Shown in pieces: positions 39,897 through 47,635 of a DNA stretch of 64,000 bases. Source of the stretch: an uncultured Verrucomicrobiae bacterium (GTDB lineage Bacteria > Verrucomicrobiota > Verrucomicrobiia > Limisphaerales > UBA11358); contig CAWJHF010000016.1 in the NCBI GenBank assembly GCA_963842445.1, positions 8,067-72,066 of the forward strand, read 5' to 3'. A model generated the notes under the pieces. The model was not told the DNA's origin and searched no databases. It was given only the letters and a program-made list of their open reading frames with translations. How positions within the stretch are numbered: position 1 is the stretch's first letter; every line of letters begins with the position of its first letter. A program made the position numbers and the translations under genes.

Positions 39897-40159
39897 GGTA
39901 GTGGGTTCACGGCGTTGCGGAGTTGGTCTGCGCCGCCGAATTTGCCGATGATTTCCGCCACGTTGCCGTGTTGTGAAATCGGCGGGACTTTCAGTGCGTC
40001 GGGCAGCGTGACTTGGAATTCGCCGTCGAAGGCCGGGGACAGGTGGAATTTCTCGTTGGACCGAAAATCCGTCACAAGCTCTTTAGCCTTTGCAAAGACC
40101 GCATCAAACCCGGCTGGCATGGTGGGAGTGAGTGTGCGCCGAAGATTTATCAGCGTCAA
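39890..40159 (-). pseudogene. hsdR C-terminal (EcoEI_R_C-like) tail remnant 1
   Basis: DGEFQVTLPDALKVPPISQHGNVAEIIGKFGGADQLRNAVN parallels the intact HsdR end DGELQFTLPDVLKVPPISFHGNVNEIVGKFGGTDQLRNAVN. DNA homology spans 39905-40030. Its stop overlaps the radical SAM ATG. Confidence 0.75.
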
Positions 40160-40219
40160 TGCTCTTCAGGATGAGCCGTCCACGGGGTGTTTACCCCATA
40201 GACGGAATGAGGCACCAAG

Positions 40220-40609
40220 TCAGCTTTCGGTCACGTCATTGCACACAGGTTGCCAGCGGAGAATGAGATCCCGTTCCTCCGTGCATCGGGCCCCCTGACC
40301 GGCGGTAGAATAATGGACATGGACATGCGTAGCGCCATTCGCAATGGCGTTATCCAGCGTCACGTGACCCTCAAGTCGCTGGTGCAGATCTCGAGTTTGA
40401 GCAATGTAGATGGGAATCCAACTACCGTCCTCGGATTGTTTGGCATAAATGTAATTGCCTGGCAGCGGCCTGAAAGCAGTGTTAATGGGATGAATCTCGT
40501 ATTGATACTCGTTGCCGGACTGCCCGAGCCAACGGATGGATAGGGACTGCGTGCTCTGCGGCTGCAGGTGACGACCGAATAAACGTTTTAGCAAGTTCAC
40601 CTTGTTCAA
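40220..40609 (-). CDS. small GIY-YIG-like protein (non-ATG start)
   Basis: YQYEIHPINTAFRPLPGNYIYAKQ....WIPIYIAQTRDLHQRLEGH....AIANGATHVHVH fits a small GIY-YIG-like family pattern I recall. Only TTG or GTG starts are available. Confidence 0.45.
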   Translation of the reverse strand: MNKVNLLKRLFGRHLQPQSTQSLSIRWLGQSGNEYQYEIHPINTAFRPLPGNYIYAKQSEDGSWIPIYIAQTRDLHQRLEGHVTLDNAIANGATHVHVHYSTAGQGARCTEERDLILRWQPVCNDVTES

Positions 40610-40721
40610 ATCAGTCCATTAAATGAGCACTCTGTCAAGCGCTGAATCTCGTCGTTGTCAGACTGGTTAGTCAGTCCCCGTGGACACTACGAGGGGAATG
40701 CCGTTCGAGCAGGGCGCGGCA

Positions 40722-40773
40722 GGCACGGTCGCCTGTCGCGGCGAAGCCTGGCGAAAGCCGGAAGGATGGCGGG
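40722..40773. repeat. REP-like element type 2, copy 1
   Basis: ggcacggtcgcctgtcgcggcgaagcctggcgaaagccggaaggatggcgg aligns with 42766-42815. Confidence 0.45.
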
Positions 40774-40842
40774 GAGCAAGGCGTCCAACCCGGCGGCGGT
40801 CTCGGTTTGCAGGCGCTTCAGTCCGTCAACCTCCGCCACCAT
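40766..40842 (-). pseudogene. hsdS 3'-tail remnant (EVDGLKRLQTETAAGLDALLPAIL..), with the distal end replaced by REP type 2
   Basis: The reverse strand reads MVAEVDGLKRLQTETAAGLDALLPAIL. The intact HsdS end is EVDALTRLQAETAAKLDALLPAILDRAFRGEL. Confidence 0.6.
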
Positions 40843-40921
40843 TTGGCTCTCCCGCGTTCCATTTCAGTATGGCCTCGCTCCATCTGATGCAACGGCAAAT
40901 AATGTGGCTTCGACCACACCT

Positions 40922-41476
40922 TCACGGCGCGGGTTCCGCCAGCAATTTTTTGATGACCGGCTCGACGTACTCCGGCTGCAGACCGATGACGCGGACAATT
41001 CGTTTGCGGTCAATGATGGCGTAAGTGGGATAGTAATGCACGGCCCAGGCTTTCTCGGATTTCAATTCGGGATCGCGGGCGGCCGGATATTGGATGTGAT
41101 GTTCCTGGGCGTTGGCCGCAAATTGTTCCTGACCATCACTGGACGTGCAGACCCCGATGATGACCAGTCCCTGATCCTTGTATTTTTTCAGGAGTTCGTT
41201 GTTATGGGGAATGGCCCTCATGCAGGGGCCACACCAGGTGGCGTAAAAATCCACAACAACGACTTTGCCCTTGATGTCGTTGGCGGTTATGCCGCCATTA
41301 ATCCAATCGCTGACGTGAAAGGCGGGGAAGGGCTTGCCTTCCAGGGCGGCGTGGGCAGCGCGGTACTCAGGCTTGTCGTCCCAAGTCCAAGTGTCGGGAA
41401 ATTCGCCCGCCCGAGCGGCCTGTCCGCCCAAAACGAGTGAACCCAGTGCAATGAGCAACAATTTCTTGGTGGTCAC
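40922..41476 (-). CDS. secreted TlpA/redoxin-family thiol-disulfide oxidoreductase
   Basis: A WCGPC active site in VVVDFYATWCGPCMRAIP. The GTG start at 41476 gives the signal peptide (M)TTKKLLLIALGSLVLGGQAARA. Confidence 0.85.
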   Translation of the reverse strand: MTTKKLLLIALGSLVLGGQAARAGEFPDTWTWDDKPEYRAAHAALEGKPFPAFHVSDWINGGITANDIKGKVVVVDFYATWCGPCMRAIPHNNELLKKYKDQGLVIIGVCTSSDGQEQFAANAQEHHIQYPAARDPELKSEKAWAVHYYPTYAIIDRKRIVRVIGLQPEYVEPVIKKLLAEPAP

Positions 41477-41516
41477 ATAATCAGAGTTATCACAAATCGC
41501 GATGGCTGACAATAGA

Positions 41517-41603
41517 TTACAATTCTCCTTTGAAGGCGCGGTCGAGCATGGCGGGGAGCAAGGCGTCCAGTTCGACGGCGGTCTCGGCTTGCAGGTAGTT
41601 CAT
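41517..41603 (-). pseudogene. hsdS 3'-tail remnant preserved as a 28-aa mini-ORF
   Basis: MNYLQAETAVELDALLPAMLDRAFKGEL*. It starts 5 nt after the stop of the upstream lipoprotein gene and ends 4 nt before the tracked TTG start of the redoxin ORF. Confidence 0.65.
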
Positions 41604-41608
41604 GGATT

Positions 41609-42721
41609 TCACTGTTCCTGCCGTTTCAGTTCAATCTCGACCATTTCGCAGTTGTCATCGAAGCCGGCATTCTGCAGACCCGGTGTGAAGGTGAGATTCA
41701 TCACCCGGCCATTCTCCCGAAACAGTTCCGGATGCAAGTAGGCACAATACACCAGCTCCACACGTTTCCCCTGACGATATTCGGGCACTTCGATGCGCGC
41801 GAGCGGCGGACTCCAAGGGCCATAAGGCGTATCCGCAACATGGAACCGAATCTCCCGCGGGTGATCGAAGTCGCTCGACGAAGCCATGACATACTTTGCC
41901 AGATACGGATTCCAAGCAACGGAGACTTGACCGGGGACGTTTTTGACCAGAAACGTTGCGGCCGCTTGCCGAGACGAGAATTTCGGACCAGCACCCGTGT
42001 AGAACTCGTAGGCATCGGGGTCCTCGATTTTCTCCGGGCGCACCCGGGCCAGAGCGACGCCCTGCTTCCCTTTGTTTTCCTTGATCTCGTATAGATAAAT
42101 CCACCCGTCCGCCTCAAGAACTTGAGCCGCTCCAACTGGAAAACGCCAATCCCCGTGCGGACGAAGCCGCTCGTATGGGCCGAGCGCAACCTTTGCCCGG
42201 CCGAGGCCGGAACCGACGCCGCGAAAATCCCATTGTCCCTTCCCAAAAATCTCCATCAGCGTATAAAAAAGGTAGTATTGACCGTTCACGTGGATTCCGC
42301 CCAGCGCCCAAATTCCATGGCGCTTCGCAGTTTCGTCCGGGAAATACGCAAATGGCGAGACGGCATCACCATTGCTGGACACGAGATAAGTGAAGGCCGG
42401 CGGATAACTTCTGGCATTCTCCCCAAGAAAGGCGATGGAGCAGGATACGGCTCCTCCGGCGAAGTGCGGAGTCCCATCAGCGAACCGCGAGCCTTTGAAG
42501 GTGTCGCCGAAAACCCAGATCGCCCCGCCCGGGACCGCGAATGACTGTCCGCCATCCTGGGAAACAACTGAAGCCCGGGCGTGCGACTCGTTCCAAAGCG
42601 AGCCGAGGAAATTGGTTTGGACAATCTCAAAAGTCCCGCCCGCCTGCTTTTCCGTCGGCATGGAGGTGGAACATCCCGCAACGATGACTATCAGACCAAG
42701 TGCGATGAAAAGTTGTTTCAT
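41609..42721 (-). CDS. lipoprotein, DUF4185-like / glycoside-hydrolase-like beta-propeller
   Basis: Lipobox MKQLFIALGLIVIVAGC (ATG 42721). The motifs IWVFGDTF and GGIHVNGQYYLFY resemble DUF4185. Confidence 0.5.
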   Translation of the reverse strand: MKQLFIALGLIVIVAGCSTSMPTEKQAGGTFEIVQTNFLGSLWNESHARASVVSQDGGQSFAVPGGAIWVFGDTFKGSRFADGTPHFAGGAVSCSIAFLGENARSYPPAFTYLVSSNGDAVSPFAYFPDETAKRHGIWALGGIHVNGQYYLFYTLMEIFGKGQWDFRGVGSGLGRAKVALGPYERLRPHGDWRFPVGAAQVLEADGWIYLYEIKENKGKQGVALARVRPEKIEDPDAYEFYTGAGPKFSSRQAAATFLVKNVPGQVSVAWNPYLAKYVMASSSDFDHPREIRFHVADTPYGPWSPPLARIEVPEYRQGKRVELVYCAYLHPELFRENGRVMNLTFTPGLQNAGFDDNCEMVEIELKRQEQ

Positions 42722-42765
42722 AATTCCCCTTCTTGTCGCGCCGAAATCGGATGAAGGCGGATGAA

Positions 42766-42815
42766 GGCGCGGTCGCCTGTCCCGTCGTAGCCAAGCGAAG
42801 ATGGAAGAATGGCGG
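42766..42815. repeat. REP-like element type 2, copy 2
   Basis: ggcgcggtcgcctgtcccgtcgtagccaagcgaagatggaagaatggcgg, in the hsdS-lipoprotein spacer. Confidence 0.45.
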
Positions 42816-42878
42816 ATTTCCTCTCCGCCTCGAACGGGGAGAGGATGAAAGGTGAGGTGTCGAATTGACTGGCGGTAA

Positions 42879-44075
42879 TCATAATTCACCTCGAAATGCC
42901 CGATCCAAAATCGCTGGCAGCAAGGCGTCCAGTTTGGCGGCGGTTTCGGCTTGCAGGCGCGTCAGCGCGTCCACCTCCGCCTGCAACGCGTCCAGCTCGG
43001 CCACGATCCGGCGCTGCTCGGCGAGCGGAGGCGTTGGAATTTCCAAATCACGAATATCGCCAAGTGAAATGTTTGGGCGTGCCGTTTCAACTTTTCCACC
43101 GTGAATTGTATCTTGCGCAATTGGGCTAAGAAGAAAGTGAACGAGGAAATCTGGCACCAACTTTTCTTTGTCCGGGCTAATCACGCCGACGGCTTGGTTG
43201 ACGTTTGCATCGCCCAAATCTCCGGGCACAGCGCACGCTCGTCCGATAGACGCGCCGACGAGATTTATCAGAACGTCATCTTTACGCAATTGGCAGCGCG
43301 ACAATTTTTCATGGAAGCCTTGCGGGATGTGAATAGCGTTGCGCGGGTCAAGGCTGCCCCACAGGACATTTTCGCTTCGGATGAAAAGCGGACCTGTATC
43401 TTGGTAAGTGAATCCTTGCCATTCTGGTGATTCGCCCTTCGTGACGCGACTCGACAAATCTTCAAGCCGTGAAGCGCCAAAATCCTTCGCAGCAGAAATA
43501 AAGAATGTGTTGCGTCCGGCGCTACGAAGCGCCTCGGCTTCTTCGGCGGCTTGGTGGCGGAGGGTGCGGGCCTCGTGGATTTGGGCGGCCAGGGCCTCAA
43601 TCCGCGCCACCACCCGCCGCTGCTCCGCCAACGGCGGCAACGGAATTTCGCAAGCGAGAAAAATTTTCGGCCTGACAGCGGCATAGCCAGTCGTGCCTTT
43701 CGCCTCCGCGTCCAACTGCTCTTGTAGAAAGTTCGCGTCGAAGATGGCTTTGAGCCAACGCCGATCAAGCTTGTCCTCACGAATATCGAACAGGAAGAAG
43801 TGGTTTGTGCAAAGTGCGCCTTCACCTTCCGGCGGAACGAAACCAATCGCGCCTTTCTTGCCCCAGATTTCGGACAGGATAACTTGCCCGGCTTTTGCAA
43901 GCTGATGGCGTTTCATCTTGAGCATCGCGCCGTCCGTTGGAGCATCAAGCACAACTCCTTTGCCGTAGAGTTTTACCGAGAGCTTCCGGTATTCTCGCGG
44001 TTCAGGTGCTTCGATGTAATCGGTGTAGTGCGTGAGCACTTCGCCCAACTTCACGGTTGGCCATTGCTTGCTCAT
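42879..44075 (-). CDS. hsdS: type I restriction-modification specificity subunit
   Basis: Two target-recognition halves, each followed by a conserved helix (LPPLAEQRRVVARIEAL... and PPLAEQRRIVAELDAL...). The ATG at 44075 overlaps the hsdM stop (ATGA). Confidence 0.9.
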   Translation of the reverse strand: MSKQWPTVKLGEVLTHYTDYIEAPEPREYRKLSVKLYGKGVVLDAPTDGAMLKMKRHQLAKAGQVILSEIWGKKGAIGFVPPEGEGALCTNHFFLFDIREDKLDRRWLKAIFDANFLQEQLDAEAKGTTGYAAVRPKIFLACEIPLPPLAEQRRVVARIEALAAQIHEARTLRHQAAEEAEALRSAGRNTFFISAAKDFGASRLEDLSSRVTKGESPEWQGFTYQDTGPLFIRSENVLWGSLDPRNAIHIPQGFHEKLSRCQLRKDDVLINLVGASIGRACAVPGDLGDANVNQAVGVISPDKEKLVPDFLVHFLLSPIAQDTIHGGKVETARPNISLGDIRDLEIPTPPLAEQRRIVAELDALQAEVDALTRLQAETAAKLDALLPAILDRAFRGEL

Positions 44076-45652
44076 GCCTGCTTTGCCAAAAGTTTCTGGA
44101 TGTTGCCCATGATTTCCGCGATGCGCTGCTCTTTCTTCAGGATTTCGGCGGCGAGTTGCGCGGGCGGCAGGTGCGTGATGTCTTCCTTGGCGCGCGGGTT
44201 CTTGCGGTCGAGATTGCATCCGTTCGCCAGCAACTCGGCGGCGGGCACCACCCAGGCCCGGTCACTTTCCTTTCGGTTATTCCACCATTGGATGCAATCG
44301 GCGAATTCCTCAAACTGGATGGGTGCGGTTTTGGTGTAATTCTTCCGGCCTTCGGGCAGCGGTTGTTCGTAATACCAGACTTCGCGCGTCGGGCCGGAGC
44401 GGTCGAAGAACAGCAGGTTCGTCGGGATGCTGGTGTAGGGCGCAAACACGCCGTTCGGCAGCCGGACGATGGTGTGCAGGTTAAATTCTTTCAGCAATTC
44501 CTCCTTGATGCGGGCGCAAACGCCATCGCCGAACAACGTGCCATTGGGAACGACCACGGCGGCCCTTGCATAGGTAGGGACGCTGCGCTGCGGCGTCCGG
44601 TCATCGCAGCGCGATGACCCTACCTTTTTCAGCTTCCGCATGATTAACTGGAGGAACAGCAGCGCCGTTTCCGCCGTTTGTTTGTCTTCGGGGAAATTGC
44701 CTTGGATGCCTTTCTCCTCCTCGCCGCCGAAAGGCGGGTTGGTGAGGATCACGTCCACGCGGTCGCGCTCGCCGATGTCCGTCAGCTTGAAGCGGAGCGA
44801 ATTGCCGGGATCAATCTGCGGCGCGTCGAGGCCGTGCAACAACAGGTTCATCTGGCAGAGCAGATACGGCAGCGTCTTGGGTTCGCAGCCAAAAAGAGAT
44901 TTTTCCTGCAAGACCTTGCGGTCAGCCACCGTCTTAACTTGTTTTGACAAGTGATTAAACGCTTCAACGAGGAAGCCGCCTGTGCCGCACGCCGGATCGA
45001 GCACGGTCTCGCCTAAGCGCGGGTCGGTGACGGCGACCATGAGGCGCACGACGGCGCGTGGGGTGTAAAACTCGCCGGAATCGCCCGCCGCATCGCGCAT
45101 CTCGCGGAGCATGGATTCGTAGAGCGCACCCAGCGTCTGCAGCTCGCTGCTGGAGGTGAAATGAATGCCGGCAAGCTTATTGATGACATCGCGCAACAGG
45201 TAGCCGCTGACCATGCGGTTCTGCACTCCCTTGAACACGGTGGCAATCACGTCCCGCCGATCGTCGCCATTGGAACTGGTGAGCGTGCGCAGGTAACGGA
45301 ACAGGCCTGCGCCACGCTTGCCGTCCGGGCGCGTGGTCTCCTCGTTGTTGATGAAGGCGAGCAATTCGTCGCCGGTGATGCCGTCGGACTTGGCGGCCCA
45401 ATCGCGCCAGCGATAGGGCGGTTCGATGGCCGGCTTGAACTTTTTGGCGGCGAGCTTGGCCTCGCCCTCGCGCTGAATTTCCAGGTCGTCCAGAAATTTC
45501 AGGAACATGATCCATGTGAGCATCGGCAACCGGTCAAGGTCGCCATTCAGCCCCTTGTCCTTTCTCATGATGTCGCGCGCAGATTTCAGGAGCGCCCCGA
45601 GTGATTGGGCGGTGGTAGGAGAAGCCGGAACGAGCTTAGGATTCGGCGCCAT
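44072..45652 (-). CDS. hsdM: type I restriction-modification N6-adenine DNA methyltransferase subunit, with an 18-aa in-frame palindromic-element insertion
   Basis: HsdM N-domain (LDRLPMLTWIMFLKFLDD), motif I DPACGTGGF and motif IV NPPFGG. The start is set at MAPNPK (ATG 45652). Confidence 0.9.
   Translation of the reverse strand: MAPNPKLVPASPTTAQSLGALLKSARDIMRKDKGLNGDLDRLPMLTWIMFLKFLDDLEIQREGEAKLAAKKFKPAIEPPYRWRDWAAKSDGITGDELLAFINNEETTRPDGKRGAGLFRYLRTLTSSNGDDRRDVIATVFKGVQNRMVSGYLLRDVINKLAGIHFTSSSELQTLGALYESMLREMRDAAGDSGEFYTPRAVVRLMVAVTDPRLGETVLDPACGTGGFLVEAFNHLSKQVKTVADRKVLQEKSLFGCEPKTLPYLLCQMNLLLHGLDAPQIDPGNSLRFKLTDIGERDRVDVILTNPPFGGEEEKGIQGNFPEDKQTAETALLFLQLIMRKLKKVGSSRCDDRTPQRSVPTYARAAVVVPNGTLFGDGVCARIKEELLKEFNLHTIVRLPNGVFAPYTSIPTNLLFFDRSGPTREVWYYEQPLPEGRKNYTKTAPIQFEEFADCIQWWNNRKESDRAWVVPAAELLANGCNLDRKNPRAKEDITHLPPAQLAAEILKKEQRIAEIMGNIQKLLAKQA
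44573..44624. repeat. REP-like structured palindromic element type 1, copy C (inside the hsdM coding sequence)
   Basis: ggtagggacgctgcgctgcggcgtccggtcatcgcagcgcgatgaccctacc belongs to the same family as 61174-61225 and 62499-62549. In hsdM it is translated as VGSSRCDDRTPQRSVPT. Confidence 0.8.
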
Positions 45653-45848
45653 GAGATTTGGTACGGTATGGAACCGGTGTTTCGCGCAACGCAGCGGCCT
45701 CCGTGACGGAAATCCACACGGCTTTGCCATCCCGCCAGACGGCCAGCGGACGGCCGCGCCGCTGATGGTCGGCAACGACTTTGGCCACGGCATCCGCCAG
45801 TGCCTGTATCGCCTTTTGTGTCAGAGAGGATTCGGTTCGTTTTTTCAT
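45636..45848 (-). CDS. small hypothetical protein (70 aa), possible partner of the zeta-like ATPase
   Basis: MKKRTESSLTQKAIQALADAVAKVVADHQRRGRPLAVWRDGKAVWI... Its ATG overlaps the ATPase stop (ATGA), and its 3' end overlaps the hsdM start by 17 nt. Confidence 0.45.
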   Translation of the reverse strand: MKKRTESSLTQKAIQALADAVAKVVADHQRRGRPLAVWRDGKAVWISVTEAAALRETPVPYRTKSHGAES

Positions 45849-46430
45849 GGTGCAAACCGCCGTCGCAATTGTTCGTAAAGCGCGGCATCGCCAATCGTAG
45901 TGTGGCCCGCTTCGTCTTTGAAGATTAAACGCGGCGTGTCGGACGAGTTGTCGAAGAAATGCAATGTGTCGAGCCACGGGCGGTAAAGCGTGAAAAGATT
46001 GCCCACCGTGCGGCCAAATCGCCGCCGGACATCGCGCTCCGGGACGTTGTGTCCGCCGCTCTCGACGCGATCGCGAATGCGCAGCAAGGCCAGGTCGGGA
46101 CTGGGAATCCACAGATAGAACATGTGCAGCCGGAAGCCGGCCTTTTTCGCGCCGCGCAGCAACGGCACATAGGAGCGACCCGACAAAAATGGTTTCAAAG
46201 GCGAAATCGGTTCGCGCTGCCGTGAATTCCGCGATGCGCTCCAGAACGGCGCGCCCGACGCGCAACATGCCCGCGTCTGGATCGAAGGGCGAATAGGCGC
46301 GGGCCAGCAAATCTGGATTGATGAAATTGCGGCAGTTGGCGTAGAGCGGCAGGAACTCCGTGGCAAACGTGGTTTTGCCTGCGCCGTTCGGGCCGGCGAT
46401 GACATAGCAGTTGGCAAACTTACGCGGCAT
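45845..46430 (-). pseudogene. zeta-toxin-like / COG4185-type P-loop ATPase, split by a +1 frameshift in a homopolymer
   Basis: Frame A carries MPRKFANCYVIAGPNGAGKTTF...TDFAFET. Frame B carries LSGRSYVPLL...GGHNVPERDVRRRF...FFDNS. The frames join if one base is removed from the A5 run at 46185-46189. Confidence 0.7.
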
Positions 46431-46506
46431 ACAGCAGCGTTTGCAGTTGGTTCACGGCGTTGCGGAGCTGGTCTGCGCCGCCGAATTTGCCGATGATTTC
46501 ATTCAC
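46420..46506 (-). pseudogene. hsdR 3'-tail remnant 2 (..VNEIIGKFGGADQLRNAVNQLQTLLYAA*)
   Basis: It begins directly after the Fic stop. Its terminal codons overlap the ATPase ATG. It contains the 50-nt conserved core. Confidence 0.7.
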
Positions 46507-46513
46507 GATTTGC

Positions 46514-47632
46514 TCATTTGATTTTAGCCTTTGGCTTTCGACCTTTGGCGGTTCCGTTATTACCCTCTTTATTACCCTCTTTCAAGGGTAATACCCTCTT
46601 TTGCCATTTCGCACCCGGGCCGCGGCCGAGACATTCGACGTGGCCGGCAGCCTTCAGGTCGCGCAACAAAAGACGAATCATGTCGCGGCTGACGCCGGGG
46701 CAGAGCCGCTCAAGGTCGGTGATGCCGAATTCGCCGGCAAGGTTTTCAATGGCGTGCTCGACCAGTTCGGTTTTCGCGCCGCGCGGCGATTTGAGCTGGC
46801 CGACGCGCTGCTCAAATTCCTTACAGGCTTGCGTGAGGATGAAGAGCAGGAAATTCATCGCCGGCCAAGGATCATGTTTGCTTTCGTGCCAGCGCTGGGA
46901 ACTCTGTTCCAGGACTTCGTAATACCGTTCCTTGTTTTCCTCGATGAGGCGTTCCAGGCTGATGTAGCGTCCGGCTTCAATGCCGCAGTGATAGCACGCC
47001 AGCAGAAAGAGCAGACGCGAGACGCGGCCATTACCATCGCGAAAGGGGTGGATGCAGAGAAAATCCAGATTCAACGCCGCCGTCAGGACGAGTGGATGAA
47101 CCCATCTTTCGCGCCAGCCACGCTCCCACAGTTCAACCATTTCCGCCATCGCCCGGGGTGTTTGTTTTGCCGGAACGGATTTGAAACGGACGCGGCTGCG
47201 GCCATCGGCATAGGTCTGGATAATGTCCACATCTTTTTCTTTGTAACGACCGGCGTCCCAGACCTGGCCTTGGCAGAGTTTGTGGAGCCGCTTGATGGTG
47301 GTTTCAGCGATTGGCAGTTTTGCGCCGGATTCGTGGATGAGTTTCAATGCGTCCCGATAACCGCGCACTTCCTCCTCGTCGCGGTCGCGCAAAGCGGGTT
47401 TACCGAAAATGAGCGTAGCGACGCGGGATTTGTCCACTTCCACGCCTTCGATGCGGTTTGATGAAATAGCGCTTTCAATCAAGGCGTGCTCGCGCAGCAC
47501 CTTGAGCTTTTGCGGTGACTGGCGGGTGAACAACTCTTGTTTTCCGCGCGCCTCGGCCAGGTCGGTCAAATACCACGTCGTCCGCGTCGGCAACGCGGCT
47601 GGTTCGGCGGCGAGTTGGCGGAGGGTCATCAT
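46514..47632 (-). CDS. Fic-family protein (AMPylase-type) with a C-terminal winged-helix-like domain
   Basis: Canonical Fic motif HPFRDGNGRVSR. N-terminal Fic-N-like helices. Confidence 0.9.
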   Translation of the reverse strand: MMTLRQLAAEPAALPTRTTWYLTDLAEARGKQELFTRQSPQKLKVLREHALIESAISSNRIEGVEVDKSRVATLIFGKPALRDRDEEEVRGYRDALKLIHESGAKLPIAETTIKRLHKLCQGQVWDAGRYKEKDVDIIQTYADGRSRVRFKSVPAKQTPRAMAEMVELWERGWRERWVHPLVLTAALNLDFLCIHPFRDGNGRVSRLLFLLACYHCGIEAGRYISLERLIEENKERYYEVLEQSSQRWHESKHDPWPAMNFLLFILTQACKEFEQRVGQLKSPRGAKTELVEHAIENLAGEFGITDLERLCPGVSRDMIRLLLRDLKAAGHVECLGRGPGAKWQKRVLPLKEGNKEGNNGTAKGRKPKAKIK

Positions 47633-47635
47633 GGG

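Noticed and set aside
45636-46430. Single 264-aa ORF covering the ATPase N-terminus, junk, and the small protein
   Set aside because: The middle third (..VGSLLCAVAARREKGRLPAAHVLSVDSQSRPG..) is the wrong frame of the ATPase. The correct interpretation is a frameshifted ATPase followed by a separate 70-aa ORF.
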